Assembly (NCBI GenBank): GCA_021799085.1
Contig: JAJZBD010000004.1
Location: forward strand, 7,973-71,972
DNA from: Nanobdellota archaeon
GTDB taxonomy: Archaea > Nanobdellota > Nanobdellia > Parvarchaeales > Parvarchaeaceae
Reading direction: 5' to 3'
DNA length: 64,000 bases
Shown: positions 47,176 through 58,735 of the stretch, one piece after another
How positions within the stretch are numbered: the first letter of the stretch is position 1
How the letters are laid out: each line of letters opens with the position of its first letter
Notes under the pieces: model-generated
The model's input: only the letters and a program-made list of their open reading frames with translations
Databases searched by the model: none
Told to the model about the DNA's origin: nothing
Translations under genes and position numbers: made by a program

Positions 47176-49461
47176 TCAACCGAAGTAATTAAGCTCCTTC
47201 GCCTTCTCCTTTTTACTGTAAAGTTTCTTTGCCATTTCCTCGTACTTTTTTGCTTCCTCCGGAGTCAAGCTTGGCCTTACAAGATCAAGAGCTTTTTCAA
47301 AGTCTTCTCTGGTTACTTTACTTGCAGAAATGCTGTTTCTCAGTGCATTCATACCTGCTTCTTTTGCAAGCCTTTCTATGTCCGAGCCGACGTAGCCTTC
47401 TGTTTTTTTGACAAGGAATTCAATTAGCTCGTCTTTATTGCCTTCTATCGGCATTTTATTTAAGTATACCTTAAGTATTTCTCTTCTGCCATTCTCATCG
47501 GGTGGCGGGACGAATACTATGTTATCAAATCTCCCTGTCCTCAGTATTGCTGGATCAACTTTATCAACTCTGTTTGTAGCGCCTATAACGATTACATTCT
47601 TAAGTGGCTCTATGCCGTCTAATTCCGTAAGCAATTGGTTCACAACCTGCTCAGTTGCATTGTTACCTTCGTAGTTGGACCGCGATGAAGCTATGCTGTC
47701 CAGCTCGTCTATAAAGATTATAGATGGTGAAACCTGTCTTGCTTTGTCGAATATCTCCCTTATCCTTTTCTCGCTTTCACCTACATATTTATTGTATATT
47801 TCCGGCCCTTTGATTGCAATGAAATTTGATTCCGTTTCATGCGCTACTGCCCTTGCAAGCAGCGTCTTTCCAGTACCGGGTGGACCGTAAAGAAGTATTC
47901 CTTTGGGAGGCGTTATTCCTATCTTTCTAAATGAATCGGGGTGCTTCAAAGGCCACTCTATTGCCTCTTTAAGTTGAGCTTTGACCTGATCCAAACCACC
48001 AACATCCTCCCAGCCTACACTTGGTCTTTCAACTAAAACTTCACGCATTGCGCTTGGCCTTACAAACCGTAATGCCTCTCTGAAATCATCCATTGTTACT
48101 ATCAGTTTTTCAAGAACGGTCTTTGGAATGTTTTCTCCCTCTTTAACATTCAATTCATTTATGTTTCTTCTTATAACATTCATAGCGGCTTCCTTTATGA
48201 GCGATTCTATGTCTGCACCGACAAAACCATGTGTTATCTTTGATATATAACCTAAATCAACACTTTTGTCCAAAGGCATGTTTCTAGTGTGTATATTCAA
48301 GATTTCCAGCCGTCCTTTTTCATTTGGAACGCCGAACATTATCTCCCTGTCAAACCTTCCAGGTCTACGCAATGCAGGGTCTATTGCATTTGGTCTGTTT
48401 GTAGCGGCTATTACTATGACTTTACCTCTGCTCTTCAAACCGTCCATTAATGTAAGGAGCTGTGAAACAACCCTATGCTCTACCTCTCCTATGCTTTCTT
48501 CTCTCTTAGTGGCTATTGCATCTATTTCATCTATGAATATTATTGAAGGTGCATTCTTTTCAGCTTCATCGAAAATTTCTCTTAATTTCTTTTCAGCATC
48601 GCCAACCCACTTGCTCATAACTTCTGGACCATTTATCGTTATGAAGTGAGCATCACTTTCATCTGCTACTGCCCTTGCAAGCAGCGTCTTTCCAGTACCG
48701 GGTGGACCGTAAAGCAAAACACCTCTGGGAGGGGTTATACCTAACCGCATGAATATCTCTGGGTGCTTTAATGGCATCTCAACCATCTCCCTTATCTTTG
48801 AAACTTCATCCGACAATCCGCCGACATCTTCATAGCTGACGTGCTTTACCCTTGATTCTTCAGAAAGCTTGACTGGCTCAGGAGATATGTTTATATCTGT
48901 GTTTTCTGTTATGACCACAAATCCTTTAGGTGAAGTTGACGTTACCAGAAAACGAAGCTCTGAGAAACCGAACTGGAAAGACGGAAAGGCGGTGTTCTCA
49001 AATATGCTCATTATGTCATCGCCAAAAAATGAAGCAAATGAACTCCTTCCGCCGCTGCCCAAGGTTATTATATCTCCCTTTGATATTGCCCTGTCCAAAA
49101 GTAGCCTTCCTATTACATTTTCAGCGCCACGTATCGCTATTGTAGACAGGGGAGAAAGATTGACTACATCGGCTTCGTAAACCTCTGCCTTTCTAACTAT
49201 TACATTTTCCCCTATTGCTGCCTTCGCATTCTTTCTTGTAGTACCATCCATTCTTATTATGTTTAGGCCTAAGTCACCAGGATGCGCTCTATCTACCTTT
49301 GCAACTGTTTTTCTGTTGCCTTCTATTTCAACGAAATCTCCAGGCCTTACTCCAATCTGTTTCATCCATGCAGTTCCTATCCTTACGGAATTCTGCCCTA
49401 TATCATCCTGCTGTGCTTCTGCAACCTTTAGACTTATTTCTATTTTGTCATTATCTTCCAT
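47176..49461 (-). CDS. cdc48: CDC48/VCP AAA+ ATPase
   Basis: N domain plus two AAA modules, each with [17 protein letters not shown] and IIFIDE. Confidence 0.97.
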   Translation of the reverse strand: MEDNDKIEISLKVAEAQQDDIGQNSVRIGTAWMKQIGVRPGDFVEIEGNRKTVAKVDRAHPGDLGLNIIRMDGTTRKNAKAAIGENVIVRKAEVYEADVVNLSPLSTIAIRGAENVIGRLLLDRAISKGDIITLGSGGRSSFASFFGDDIMSIFENTAFPSFQFGFSELRFLVTSTSPKGFVVITENTDINISPEPVKLSEESRVKHVSYEDVGGLSDEVSKIREMVEMPLKHPEIFMRLGITPPRGVLLYGPPGTGKTLLARAVADESDAHFITINGPEVMSKWVGDAEKKLREIFDEAEKNAPSIIFIDEIDAIATKREESIGEVEHRVVSQLLTLMDGLKSRGKVIVIAATNRPNAIDPALRRPGRFDREIMFGVPNEKGRLEILNIHTRNMPLDKSVDLGYISKITHGFVGADIESLIKEAAMNVIRRNINELNVKEGENIPKTVLEKLIVTMDDFREALRFVRPSAMREVLVERPSVGWEDVGGLDQVKAQLKEAIEWPLKHPDSFRKIGITPPKGILLYGPPGTGKTLLARAVAHETESNFIAIKGPEIYNKYVGESEKRIREIFDKARQVSPSIIFIDELDSIASSRSNYEGNNATEQVVNQLLTELDGIEPLKNVIVIGATNRVDKVDPAILRTGRFDNIVFVPPPDENGRREILKVYLNKMPIEGNKDELIEFLVKKTEGYVGSDIERLAKEAGMNALRNSISASKVTREDFEKALDLVRPSLTPEEAKKYEEMAKKLYSKKEKAKELNYFG
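47843..47892. repeat. Copy 1 of a perfect 50-bp intragenic repeat (cdc48 D2 Walker A)
   Basis: gctactgcccttgcaagcagcgtctttccagtaccgggtggaccgtaaag, identical to 48665-48714. Confidence 0.95.
48665..48714. repeat. Copy 2 of the perfect 50-bp repeat (cdc48 D1 Walker A)
   Basis: Identical to 47843-47892. Confidence 0.95.
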
Positions 49462-49465
49462 TTTA

Positions 49466-49951
49466 TTAACCTCCTAATATGAATACTCTTTTCTTCAAGT
49501 ATTCAACATTCCATTTCTTTATGAAATTCTCTGCCTCCTTCTCGTGTGTAGAAGGCACAAAAATAGCGCTTTTTGTTAGCCTTCCCCCTCCTAAAGTCTG
49601 CAATAAACCTTCTTTGCCTCTTCTTCCGAGCAGCGCATAATTAAAAAGCATCTTTCTGCTCTGCTCTAATTTTGTAAGATCGTAAAATATTTCAGTTATC
49701 TCTTTGAAACCAAACTTATTAAAGAACGGCTCATTATCAAAAACGCTAACTGCATCCATGAATTGTGAAAACATCTTTCTCTGCAGCAGATCTATCACAT
49801 CCAAAAATTCTACGTTTTTTCCGAAAACTTTCTCTATTTTTTCTTCGTTGTCCTTGCTGTCCTCTTTTAAAATAACATAAAGTTTGTTATCCATCTTTAT
49901 CGCATCGAAGAGGCATTCAATTACGTCATCGGGAACCGAGCCTATTTCCAT
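49466..49951 (-). CDS. Hypothetical protein, possibly a degenerate MNT-associated domain
   Basis: C-terminal FNYALLGRRG.EG....GG...K..I.VP recalls the C-terminal domain of archaeal MNT proteins; no GS/DxD motif. Confidence 0.55.
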   Translation of the reverse strand: MEIGSVPDDVIECLFDAIKMDNKLYVILKEDSKDNEEKIEKVFGKNVEFLDVIDLLQRKMFSQFMDAVSVFDNEPFFNKFGFKEITEIFYDLTKLEQSRKMLFNYALLGRRGKEGLLQTLGGGRLTKSAIFVPSTHEKEAENFIKKWNVEYLKKRVFILGG

Positions 49952-50114
49952 ATGTTTACGATAAACCGTATGAATGAACTAATATAAATAGCTTTCGCTT
50001 TTATCATGCTTTAAAAAGCTTTCTTTTTCCAATAATCAAATAAAATCAAAAAAAAGTGATTCATATTTAATCAAAAACAGTAAAGCTTAAAAATAGAAAA
50101 AAACGTAAAATGCT

Positions 50115-50348
50115 ATGGTAGTTGCAACAGATGCAGGCGCTTTATATGCAATAGCCGCAGCAATAGCAATAGCAGGTGGTTTGATAGGTACCGGAATGGC
50201 ACAGCAAGGCATAGGTGCAGCTGGTATGGGAATAATCGCTGAAAAGCCGGAGAAATTCGGACAGGTGCTTTTCTTCTTTGTAATCCCGGAAACACTGTGG
50301 ATAATAGGTTTCGTGCTGGGATTGATATTGCTGTTACAGATACTGTGA
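50115..50348 (+). CDS. atpK: A/V-type ATPase proteolipid subunit K (single hairpin)
   Basis: GTGMAQQGIGAAG...IPETLWIIG with ion-binding Glu. Confidence 0.93.
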   Translation: MVVATDAGALYAIAAAIAIAGGLIGTGMAQQGIGAAGMGIIAEKPEKFGQVLFFFVIPETLWIIGFVLGLILLLQIL

Positions 50349-50364
50349 GGCATAGCATCATTAT

Positions 50365-50925
50365 ATGAGTCTGGAGAAAATAGCAGAGCACATAGAGAAA
50401 GAGACAGATACTAAAGTCAAAAAAATGATCATAGAAGCGCAGATTAAAGCAAACCAATCAACAGACGAAACAGATAAAAAAGTAGAGGAGATTCTAAAAG
50501 AAGCAAGAGAAAAAACAAAAGCCATTGTAGCTGAAAAAGAAGAGATTGAAAAAGCGAAGATAAACGTTGAAAAGAACCAGATTATAAAAAAGGCGGTAAG
50601 CAACGCTTTCAAGGAAAGCATGAATAACCTTTATTCCTCAGAGATAAAATTCAGCAAAACTGCGGAATACGAAAAATTAATGAATATTCTAATAAAAGAG
50701 GCTAAAAAAAGAATTGGGGAAGACGCTATTCTTTTTATGAATAAAGAGGACCTACAGACTTTCGGCAAAAAAGAAAAGAACGCTAAGCTAACGAAAAAAA
50801 AGATGTTTGGAGTTTATGCAGAAAGCCCTGATGGCAAGTTCTCCATTGATTTGTCTTTGGATAAAGTTATACAGTCTCTAGAAGAAAAGATTGCAAAAAG
50901 AGTAATCGAAAAGTTGGAGAAATAA
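50365..50925 (+). CDS. atpE: A/V-type ATPase subunit E
   Basis: MSLEKI coiled coil, GVYAES.DG...IDLS; operon position. Confidence 0.85.
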   Translation: MSLEKIAEHIEKETDTKVKKMIIEAQIKANQSTDETDKKVEEILKEAREKTKAIVAEKEEIEKAKINVEKNQIIKKAVSNAFKESMNNLYSSEIKFSKTAEYEKLMNILIKEAKKRIGEDAILFMNKEDLQTFGKKEKNAKLTKKKMFGVYAESPDGKFSIDLSLDKVIQSLEEKIAKRVIEKLEK

Positions 50926-50926
50926 A

Positions 50927-51967
50927 ATGGATTCTACATATGCTGGTGCGTACGGACACGTTAAGGCACTTTACCTTAATCTTTTAAGAAAGGATGAGAT
51001 AGACAGAATAAAGGAAACAAAGAAAGAGGAATTCATGAATGTACTTTCTTCCACCTCTTACAAAAACGAAATCGATCAATTCTATAATCGTTTTAAGGAG
51101 CCGGATATAATAGATATTGTCGTAAACACTCACTTTTTAAATAACTGCAACTCCGCCATAGGAGTTCTTCCAAGCATTGGAAAGCCGTTGATAAGAAGCT
51201 ATCTTTCAAAGATAGACATACAGAACATAAAACTTATTTTGGCCGCAAAGCTTATAGGAAAGAACGTGGAAATGACTGAAAACCTTTTGACTATAGGGCG
51301 GAGCTTTCCATTAGGGTTATCGAGTCCTTTGATAAGCAAGGAAGAGTACAGAAATATAATAGAGCAGAAAGATATAGTTGAAGTAATAAATTACCTTACA
51401 AGATATCCTTACGGGAGAGTATTGCTTCCTTTTTCAGTTTCTGCTGAATTAAGCAGGGATGTTTCTGGAATGTCGTTAGCTTTAGATATAGAATACTACA
51501 ATGACCTACTTAGAAACTTCAAATTCTACAACGGAAATGAGGGCCCTGTCCTTAGATTCATACAAGGATTAATAGATTTAAGGAACATAATAACAGTAAT
51601 TAAAGAGATAGAACTGAAAAAACCTGCAAAAGAACTTTTGATAAAGGGCGGCTCAATAAACGTTGACAAACTAAATGATATGACAAAGAGGAACATAGAA
51701 GACTTCGTAAAGGACTTGCCGTATGATTTAAACGACGCCCTGCAGCTTTACAAGGAAGATGGACTTATAGCAAACTTTGAAGTAGAGCTAAAGAGGATTG
51801 TGCATGATAAGTACCTGCCGATATTCAGGGCCAACTCCCTTTCTGTAGCTTCTACTCTTTCATTCATAATAAGCGCAGAAATAGAAAGAGACGAGATAAG
51901 GCTCAGCTGGTTTAAAAAGTATTACAACATAGAAAAGAAAATAGTTGATATAGGATATGGAATTTAA
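50927..51967 (+). CDS. atpC: A/V-type ATPase subunit C
   Basis: IDIQNIKLIL, LALDIEYY, IDLRNI, EIERDEIR; operon position. Confidence 0.85.
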   Translation: MDSTYAGAYGHVKALYLNLLRKDEIDRIKETKKEEFMNVLSSTSYKNEIDQFYNRFKEPDIIDIVVNTHFLNNCNSAIGVLPSIGKPLIRSYLSKIDIQNIKLILAAKLIGKNVEMTENLLTIGRSFPLGLSSPLISKEEYRNIIEQKDIVEVINYLTRYPYGRVLLPFSVSAELSRDVSGMSLALDIEYYNDLLRNFKFYNGNEGPVLRFIQGLIDLRNIITVIKEIELKKPAKELLIKGGSINVDKLNDMTKRNIEDFVKDLPYDLNDALQLYKEDGLIANFEVELKRIVHDKYLPIFRANSLSVASTLSFIISAEIERDEIRLSWFKKYYNIEKKIVDIGYGI

Positions 51968-52280
51968 AAAAATAGTTTTCATAGGGGACAGGAGAGATGC
52001 CTTGGGATTGAAGCTTGCTGGTATAGACAATTCAATAGATTTAACAGGAAAAGAAGCTCTTAACGAAGTAATTAAATTAATAAAAAGCAAAGAATATAAC
52101 CTTATAATAGCGGAAGAAAGTATAAAGGGATATGCGGACCAAAATGAGCTTAGCACAATAAATTTAAGTATTGATCCGCTAGTATTGCTTATACCTTCAC
52201 AAGAGGTAGAAGAAAACAAGGAATCGCTAGAAAGCCTAGCAAAGAGAGTATTGGGGGTGGACATAACTAAATTAAAATAA
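51957..52280 (+). CDS. atpF: A/V-type ATPase subunit F
   Basis: IGDRRDALGLKLAGI, LVLLIP, LAKRVLGVDI. Confidence 0.9.
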   Translation: MEFKKIVFIGDRRDALGLKLAGIDNSIDLTGKEALNEVIKLIKSKEYNLIIAEESIKGYADQNELSTINLSIDPLVLLIPSQEVEENKESLESLAKRVLGVDITKLK

Positions 52281-52281
52281 A

Positions 52282-54033
52282 ATGGAAGGAAAAGTGATAG
52301 GAATTTCCGGTTCTGTAGTGACTGTTTCGGGTCTTGAGGACCCTAAAATGAACAACATAGTATTCATAGGGGAAAATGAACTTGTTGGTGAAATCGTAAA
52401 GATAGAAGAGAAAAATGCGATAGTACAAGTTTACGAAGATACAAGCGGACTTAAAATAGGAGAAAAGGCAGTTGACAGCAAAGAGCCTTTGTCTGTTGAA
52501 CTTGGCCCTGGATTGATAGGTTCCATATTTGATGGTATACAAAGGCCATTGGATAAGATCCTAAACAAAGAAGGCACGTTTATAAGCAGCGGAGTGAAAG
52601 TTAATTCATTGGACAGAGAAAAGAAATGGCACTTCAAGCCAAAAGTCGAAGAAGGAAAAGCAGTAGAGGCAGGCGAAGAGATTGGAGAAGTCAAGGAAAC
52701 TTCTCTTATAAAGCATAAGGTCCTCGTTCCGGTAAATCAAAAAGGCATAGTAAAGAAAATCGTAGAAGAAGGCGATTACACTGTAGATGAAACCATTGCA
52801 GTATTAGAAAATGATAAAAAAACTGAAGAAATAAAACTTATGACAAAATGGCCTGTCAGAACGGCAAGGCCTGTAAAGGAAAAGCTTTCTCCAACTATTC
52901 CTCTTTTAACAGGGCAGAGAGTCATAGACACGATGTTTCCTGTTGCGATGGGAGGTACTGCAGCAGTACCAGGACCATTTGGATCGGGAAAAACTGTAAT
53001 TCAGCATCAGCTTGCAAAATGGTCAGATGCAGACGTTATAGTATACGTTGGCTGCGGCGAAAGGGGAAACGAGATGACGGAAATACTTACAACCTTTCCA
53101 GAATTAAAGGATCCAAAAAGCGGAAAGCCGTTAATGGACAGAACCATACTTATAGCAAACACTTCAAACATGCCTGTAGCTGCAAGGGAGGCAAGCATTT
53201 ACACAGGAATAACGCTTGCCGAGTATTACAGAGATATGGGTTATAGCGTAGCCGTAATGGCCGACAGTACTTCGAGGTGGGCTGAAGCCTTAAGAGAACT
53301 TTCCGGAAGATTGGAAGAGATGCCTGGAGAAGAAGGTTACCCTGCTTATCTTGGAAGAAGGATAGGTGAATTCTATGAAAGAGCGGGAAGGGCAAGAATA
53401 CTAAGCGGTAAGATAGGCGCGGCGACCATAATAGGAGCAGTCTCTCCACCAGGCGGTGACATCTCAGAACCTGTTTCGCAAAACACTCTCAGAGTTACAA
53501 GAGTATTCTGGGCATTGGATGCATCGCTTGCTAACGCCAGACATTTCCCATCGATAAACTGGCTTAACAGTTATTCCTTGTATACGGATGAATTAGACCA
53601 ATGGTACAGAAAAAACATTGCGGAAGACTGGCCTGAACTAAGGGATAAAGCGATGGCTACACTGCAAAAAGAGGCAGAGATAAATGAAATTGTACAGCTT
53701 GTAGGTTACGATGCTCTTCCAGAATCAGACAAACTGATACTTGACGTTGCAAGAATGCTCAGAGAGGATTACCTTCAGCAGAATGCTTTTGACGAAACAG
53801 ATACGTATGCATCTGTAAGCAAACAGTACAAGATGCTGAAGATTATAAACGAAGTATTTGACGCGGAGAAAGCTGCACTTGAAAGAAATGTTCCAATTGA
53901 AAAACTGCAATCGATACAGATAAAACCAAAGATAGCAAGATTGAGATATACAAAGGAAGAAGAAATTGACGATAAATTAAAGGAAATAGAAAAAGACATA
54001 GAGGCAATAAAAAAGACAAGCACGGAGAAGTAA
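52282..54033 (+). CDS. atpA: A/V-type ATPase catalytic subunit A (no intein)
   Basis: [36 protein letters not shown]. Confidence 0.98.
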   Translation: MEGKVIGISGSVVTVSGLEDPKMNNIVFIGENELVGEIVKIEEKNAIVQVYEDTSGLKIGEKAVDSKEPLSVELGPGLIGSIFDGIQRPLDKILNKEGTFISSGVKVNSLDREKKWHFKPKVEEGKAVEAGEEIGEVKETSLIKHKVLVPVNQKGIVKKIVEEGDYTVDETIAVLENDKKTEEIKLMTKWPVRTARPVKEKLSPTIPLLTGQRVIDTMFPVAMGGTAAVPGPFGSGKTVIQHQLAKWSDADVIVYVGCGERGNEMTEILTTFPELKDPKSGKPLMDRTILIANTSNMPVAAREASIYTGITLAEYYRDMGYSVAVMADSTSRWAEALRELSGRLEEMPGEEGYPAYLGRRIGEFYERAGRARILSGKIGAATIIGAVSPPGGDISEPVSQNTLRVTRVFWALDASLANARHFPSINWLNSYSLYTDELDQWYRKNIAEDWPELRDKAMATLQKEAEINEIVQLVGYDALPESDKLILDVARMLREDYLQQNAFDETDTYASVSKQYKMLKIINEVFDAEKAALERNVPIEKLQSIQIKPKIARLRYTKEEEIDDKLKEIEKDIEAIKKTSTEK

Positions 54034-54034
54034 C

Positions 54035-55414
54035 ATGGAAGAAATAGAATACAAGACGATTGAAAGGGTAACAAATGTTTTGCTCTTTGTTAAGGACGTA
54101 AAGAATGCCGCTTACAATGAGCAGGTTGAAATAGAACTTGAAAATGGCAAAAAAGTAAGCGGTCAGGTTCTTGCGACAAATGAGGATGTTACCATAGTAC
54201 AGGTATTTGGTGAAACCACAGGAATGAACACGCAGACAACAAAGGTTAGGTTCAAGGGGACGACTTTTAAAATGCCAGTAAGCATGGATATGGTTGGTAG
54301 AGTATTCGATGGATTAGGCAGGCCAAGAGATGGAGGTATACCTATATTCAGCGATGAGAAGATGGACATAAATGGCAGCCCAATAAACCCTTATGCAAGA
54401 GAAGAACCTTCAGAGTTTGTACAAACCGGGATATCCTCAATAGACTGCATGAACACGCTAGTGAGGGGCCAGAAACTTCCAATATTTTCAGGTTCAGGTC
54501 TTGCACACAACAAGCTTGCTGCACAGATAGTAAAACAAGCAAAGATACTTGCAGAAAAAGAAAATTTCTACGTTGTTTTCGGTGGGATAGGAATAAACAG
54601 TGAGGATGCAAACTTTTTTATAAATGAATTCCAGAACAGTGGTGCACTTGAAAGATCAGTTATATTCCTAAATCTTGCCGCAGAGCCTTCAATGGAGAGG
54701 GTCATTCTCCCAAGACTTGCGCTTACGGCCGCGGAATATCTAGCATACGAAAAAAATGCACACGTTATTGTTATACTCTCAGATATGACAAATTACGCAG
54801 AAGCACTGCGTGAAATATCTGCAGCTAGGGATGAGGTACCCGGAAGAAGAGGTTACCCAGGATACATGTACACTGACCTTGCGAGTCTTTTTGAAAGGGC
54901 TGGAAAGGTAAAAGGGAAGGAAGGTTCGGTAACGCAGCTGCCGATACTTACAATGCCAAGCGACGACATAACACATCCAATACCGGATTTAACTGGTTAC
55001 ATTACAGAAGGGCAGATAGTACTAAGCAGGGCGTTGGATAAAAGCGGAATTTATCCTGGAGTTGACGTGCTTCTTTCATTGTCAAGGCTTATGAATCAAG
55101 GAATTGGAAAGGATTCAACGAGAGAAGACCATAGAAATGTTTCTGACCAGTTGTATGCAGCATATGCGAAAGGAAAAGAACTTAGAAGCTTAACTGAAAT
55201 AGTCGGTGAAGATGCATTGAGCAAAATTGACAAACAATACCTGCATTTTGCTGAAGAGTTTGAGAACAGATTCATAAAACAAGGGTTCAATGAGGACAGA
55301 AGTATAACTGAAACTTTAGACCTCGGATGGGAGCTTTTGAGCAGCATAGACAAAAGCGAGATGAAAAGAATAAAACCAGAATTCATAGAAAAGTACGGGA
55401 AATGGAAACAATAA
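54035..55414 (+). CDS. atpB: A/V-type ATPase subunit B
   Basis: [45 protein letters not shown]. Confidence 0.98.
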   Translation: MEEIEYKTIERVTNVLLFVKDVKNAAYNEQVEIELENGKKVSGQVLATNEDVTIVQVFGETTGMNTQTTKVRFKGTTFKMPVSMDMVGRVFDGLGRPRDGGIPIFSDEKMDINGSPINPYAREEPSEFVQTGISSIDCMNTLVRGQKLPIFSGSGLAHNKLAAQIVKQAKILAEKENFYVVFGGIGINSEDANFFINEFQNSGALERSVIFLNLAAEPSMERVILPRLALTAAEYLAYEKNAHVIVILSDMTNYAEALREISAARDEVPGRRGYPGYMYTDLASLFERAGKVKGKEGSVTQLPILTMPSDDITHPIPDLTGYITEGQIVLSRALDKSGIYPGVDVLLSLSRLMNQGIGKDSTREDHRNVSDQLYAAYAKGKELRSLTEIVGEDALSKIDKQYLHFAEEFENRFIKQGFNEDRSITETLDLGWELLSSIDKSEMKRIKPEFIEKYGKWKQ

Positions 55415-56013
55415 GAGTAACTAGAAGGGAACTAATAGAAACTAAAAGAAAGATAAAGACTGCAAATAGGGGTTTGCAGCTGCTGAAGATGAAAAGGTCC
55501 TCTCTTATATTGGAATTTTTTGAGTTGGCAAAACAGGTCCAAAGCATGAAGACAGATCTTAAAAGATTCATGGACAGAAGCCGAGAAAGCCTTGAGATAG
55601 CTGAGGCTTTAAGTGGCAGGATAACAATAGAGAGAGTGGCACAGGAACAAAGCGAAAAGCTTGCCAGCCTTAAGGCAAGAAACGTTATGGGTTTGGTGAT
55701 ACCAAACATAAACGTAAATGAGACTATTGATGTTCTCAGCAAAAGTGACAGCCTGACAATACCTACTCCTGTTTATGATGCAAAAAACATGTACTCTTCA
55801 TTTCTTTCAATGCTTATAGAAATCGCTGAAAAAGAGACTGCAATGAGGAACCTGTTAAATGAGATTTATAAGTTGAACAGACGAACAAATTCAATAGAAA
55901 ACGTGATAATACCGAGATGGGAAGCAAAGATAAAGTACATAAAACAAAGTTTAGATGATATGGAAAGGGATAGGCTAGTATCGATTAAATTCATAAAGAG
56001 GCTGCATAGCTAA
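55402..56013 (+). CDS. atpD: A/V-type ATPase subunit D (start moved to METIRVTR)
   Basis: VTRREL...[27 protein letters not shown]. Confidence 0.92.
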   Translation: METIRVTRRELIETKRKIKTANRGLQLLKMKRSSLILEFFELAKQVQSMKTDLKRFMDRSRESLEIAEALSGRITIERVAQEQSEKLASLKARNVMGLVIPNINVNETIDVLSKSDSLTIPTPVYDAKNMYSSFLSMLIEIAEKETAMRNLLNEIYKLNRRTNSIENVIIPRWEAKIKYIKQSLDDMERDRLVSIKFIKRLHS

Positions 56014-56330
56014 TGGAATCGCTTGAAACTCTGCAAAGGATAAGAGAGATAGAAGATTTGTCTGCAAAGAAAATTGAACAAGCGCAGGAAAAGGCAAGCA
56101 ATTTAATAGAAGAGACGCAAAAGCAAAATGAGCAAAAGATAAAAAAAGCAGAGAAGGAAGCGCATGAAACAGTCAATAATGCATTAGAAGAAGTAGAGAA
56201 GGAAACTGAAAAACTCAGAGAAGAAGCGATAAAAGAAGCGAGCCAAAAAGCAGGCGCTATAAAACCCCTTGATGAAAAGGAAATGCAGAGCATATTTGAA
56301 GATGTCTTAAAGGAGGAATTTAAACTATAA
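56013..56330 (+). CDS. atpH: A/V-type ATPase subunit H (G-like peripheral stalk)
   Basis: E/K/A-rich right-handed coiled coil; operon position. Confidence 0.8.
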   Translation: MESLETLQRIREIEDLSAKKIEQAQEKASNLIEETQKQNEQKIKKAEKEAHETVNNALEEVEKETEKLREEAIKEASQKAGAIKPLDEKEMQSIFEDVLKEEFKL

Positions 56331-58261
56331 TGTTTCTGCCAAGTAAAATAGAAAAGATAAGATTGATACTGCCTAAAATTTACTATGATAAGGCCATTAC
56401 TTTACTCGGAGAGCTTGGATTCCTGCAGATAGAGATACTGGAAAGTGAAAGCAAAAAAATCCTAAAAGACTTCAAAGAGATTGAATTTGAAAAAATAAAT
56501 AAGTATGGACAAAAAATAAGAAGCTTAGAAAGCAGCCTGATAAAACAGAAGCCGGTGAACATTGAAATAAAAAACCTTCAGCAGGTTTTCCACGAAGCCG
56601 ACAAGATAAAGATATACGAAGAGGTAAATGAAATAAAAAAGGAAGAAGAAAAAATAAATGCGAGTATTAAAGAAAGCGATTCCATAATGAACATTGTAAA
56701 CATGATGAAAGACTTTAAACACGATTTTAAGATACTGAGCGGTACTAGGGTAGAGTCTTTTCTGATGCTGAAAAGCAAGGATAACAATGCATTTGTTCAA
56801 TTGATAAAAAAAGAAATTGATTGTGAATGCATAGAACTTGAAAACGCTTACATATTCACAATAGAAAAGCACAACAAGGAAAAGCTTGCCAACTTGGCAA
56901 ACAAAGAGGAGATAAGCCTCATAAAGATACCAGAAATAAGCGGTAAAATTGAGGAGATAACAAAATTGCAGCAGGCCAAAATAAAGAAAGACAAGGAAAG
57001 GCTTTTAGAATTAAACAAAAGGCTAGAGAGTCTGTCAAAGAGACATTATGGTATTGTGGCCAATCTTAAAGAATACCTTGATATAGAGGCAAAAAAGATA
57101 TCTGTAATCCCGAAAATAGGCTCAACTGATTACATGACAGTAATCGAAGGGTGGATAGAAAGCAAGAAAATACCGATATTAGATGAAGAGCTTGATAAAC
57201 TAACTAACCAACAGTTCATACTGGAAAAGATAAAGACAGGGGAAGAACCTCCAACAAAGATGGAGAACCCAGTTTCTTTCAAGCTTTATGAGTTCTTCAT
57301 AAAATTTTATTCGATACCAAAAAGCAGCGAGATTGATCCGACGATATTTTTTGGCATAGCTTTTCCAATATTCTTTGGACTGATGGTTGGAGATGCAGGG
57401 TATGGTGCAACTTTTCTAGTACTTAGTTTTTGGCTTGTTCATAGGATAAAGCATCCTCCTAAAAAAAGCCATATACCTAGAAAGTTAGCAAGATTTGTAA
57501 AGACAATAATCAGCAAAAACAGCCTGATGATGATAATGAAGGCGATAATGCCCGGATCTGTAATAGCCGTTGCTCTTGGAGTTATATTCAATGAGTATTT
57601 CGGATTTTCTTTGCCTTACACACCTCTTTTCGACGTTACAAAACGCGTGTCTACTCTGCTGTTAATATCAGGTTGGATAGGAGTAGCAATGGTGTCATTC
57701 GGCTTTGTTCTCGGAGCTCTTAACGCCTTATACAATAAGAAAATAAAGAAAGCTATTGGGAGAGTGGGCTGGCTCTTAGTTGCATGGGGAATTGTAATAG
57801 TAGGTTTGGCTGTTCTTCATAAGGAAAGCATAGGATTCTCTAACTTAGAAGCTGTTGGTAGTTATGCGGCAATAATAATAGGAATTATTTTAGTACTTAG
57901 GTCAGAAGGTACGCAATCTCTAATGGAAATCCCCTCAGTGATAAGCCATATCCTATCATACACTAGGCTTGTTGGTATACTTCTTGCTTCTGTCATTCTT
58001 GCACAGGTAATAAACCTGATATTTGTTTCAAGCTTAAGCAGCTCTATACCGTTTATCATAGGCGGAGTGATAATACTTGTCTTCGGCCAGCTGTTCAACA
58101 TAGTAATTGCATTGTTTGAAGGCGGGATACAGGGAGCAAGGCTTATCTACGTTGAATTCTTTTCTAAATTCTTTGAAGGAAATGGAAATATGTTTAAGCC
58201 ATTCAAGATAGAAAGAAGAAACACAACAAATGTCTACGTTAAAAACACAAAGAAAGAATAG
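56330..58261 (+). CDS. atpI: A/V-type ATPase subunit I (a)
   Basis: EPPTKMENP, EIDPT..F.I.FPIFFGLMVGDAGYG, SHILSYTRL, RLIYVEFFSKFFEG. Confidence 0.95.
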   Translation: MFLPSKIEKIRLILPKIYYDKAITLLGELGFLQIEILESESKKILKDFKEIEFEKINKYGQKIRSLESSLIKQKPVNIEIKNLQQVFHEADKIKIYEEVNEIKKEEEKINASIKESDSIMNIVNMMKDFKHDFKILSGTRVESFLMLKSKDNNAFVQLIKKEIDCECIELENAYIFTIEKHNKEKLANLANKEEISLIKIPEISGKIEEITKLQQAKIKKDKERLLELNKRLESLSKRHYGIVANLKEYLDIEAKKISVIPKIGSTDYMTVIEGWIESKKIPILDEELDKLTNQQFILEKIKTGEEPPTKMENPVSFKLYEFFIKFYSIPKSSEIDPTIFFGIAFPIFFGLMVGDAGYGATFLVLSFWLVHRIKHPPKKSHIPRKLARFVKTIISKNSLMMIMKAIMPGSVIAVALGVIFNEYFGFSLPYTPLFDVTKRVSTLLLISGWIGVAMVSFGFVLGALNALYNKKIKKAIGRVGWLLVAWGIVIVGLAVLHKESIGFSNLEAVGSYAAIIIGIILVLRSEGTQSLMEIPSVISHILSYTRLVGILLASVILAQVINLIFVSSLSSSIPFIIGGVIILVFGQLFNIVIALFEGGIQGARLIYVEFFSKFFEGNGNMFKPFKIERRNTTNVYVKNTKKE

Positions 58262-58372
58262 GGCTATAAACTACATAGAATTTGAGTACAGTTTAAAGAA
58301 TCTTAACATAAAGGGTTTCTAATCATAATTAATTCGTTAATTCACTACAAAAATCAAGTGTTTTTTGATTTG

Positions 58373-58684
58373 TTATAACTTGTTGTGAGCTTCATTATAT
58401 TTAGCGTCTTCTGACAGAATCTTCTTTGCATAATCTAGAACATTTTTATTATATGTGCTACCAACTTCTTTCCCTTCAGATACGTTGATTAAGTACTCTA
58501 GATTGTAAGGCGTTACCTTTCTATTTAATACCAACGCACTTGCAGCTTGATAATCCGGATCAAGATGCATTTTTACATTAGAATACAATAGAGATAGGTA
58601 TATCTTTATTTTATCAGTCCTATTAAGTGGCCCATTATGTGGCGATATTGTTTTTAGATTCTCTTCTACACGGTTATTCTTCAT
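58373..58684 (-). CDS. Hypothetical protein (103 aa)
   Basis: Stand-alone ORF between atpI and tRNA-Gln. Confidence 0.55.
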   Translation of the reverse strand: MKNNRVEENLKTISPHNGPLNRTDKIKIYLSLLYSNVKMHLDPDYQAASALVLNRKVTPYNLEYLINVSEGKEVGSTYNKNVLDYAKKILSEDAKYNEAHNKL

Positions 58685-58735
58685 GATTAGTAAGGAAGCT
58701 GGATGTTTATATAATTAACAAAAAATAAAAGAAGC

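Noticed and set aside
50113-50457. 114-aa and 88-aa minus-strand ORFs over atpK
   Set aside because: Antisense to a clearly conserved proteolipid gene
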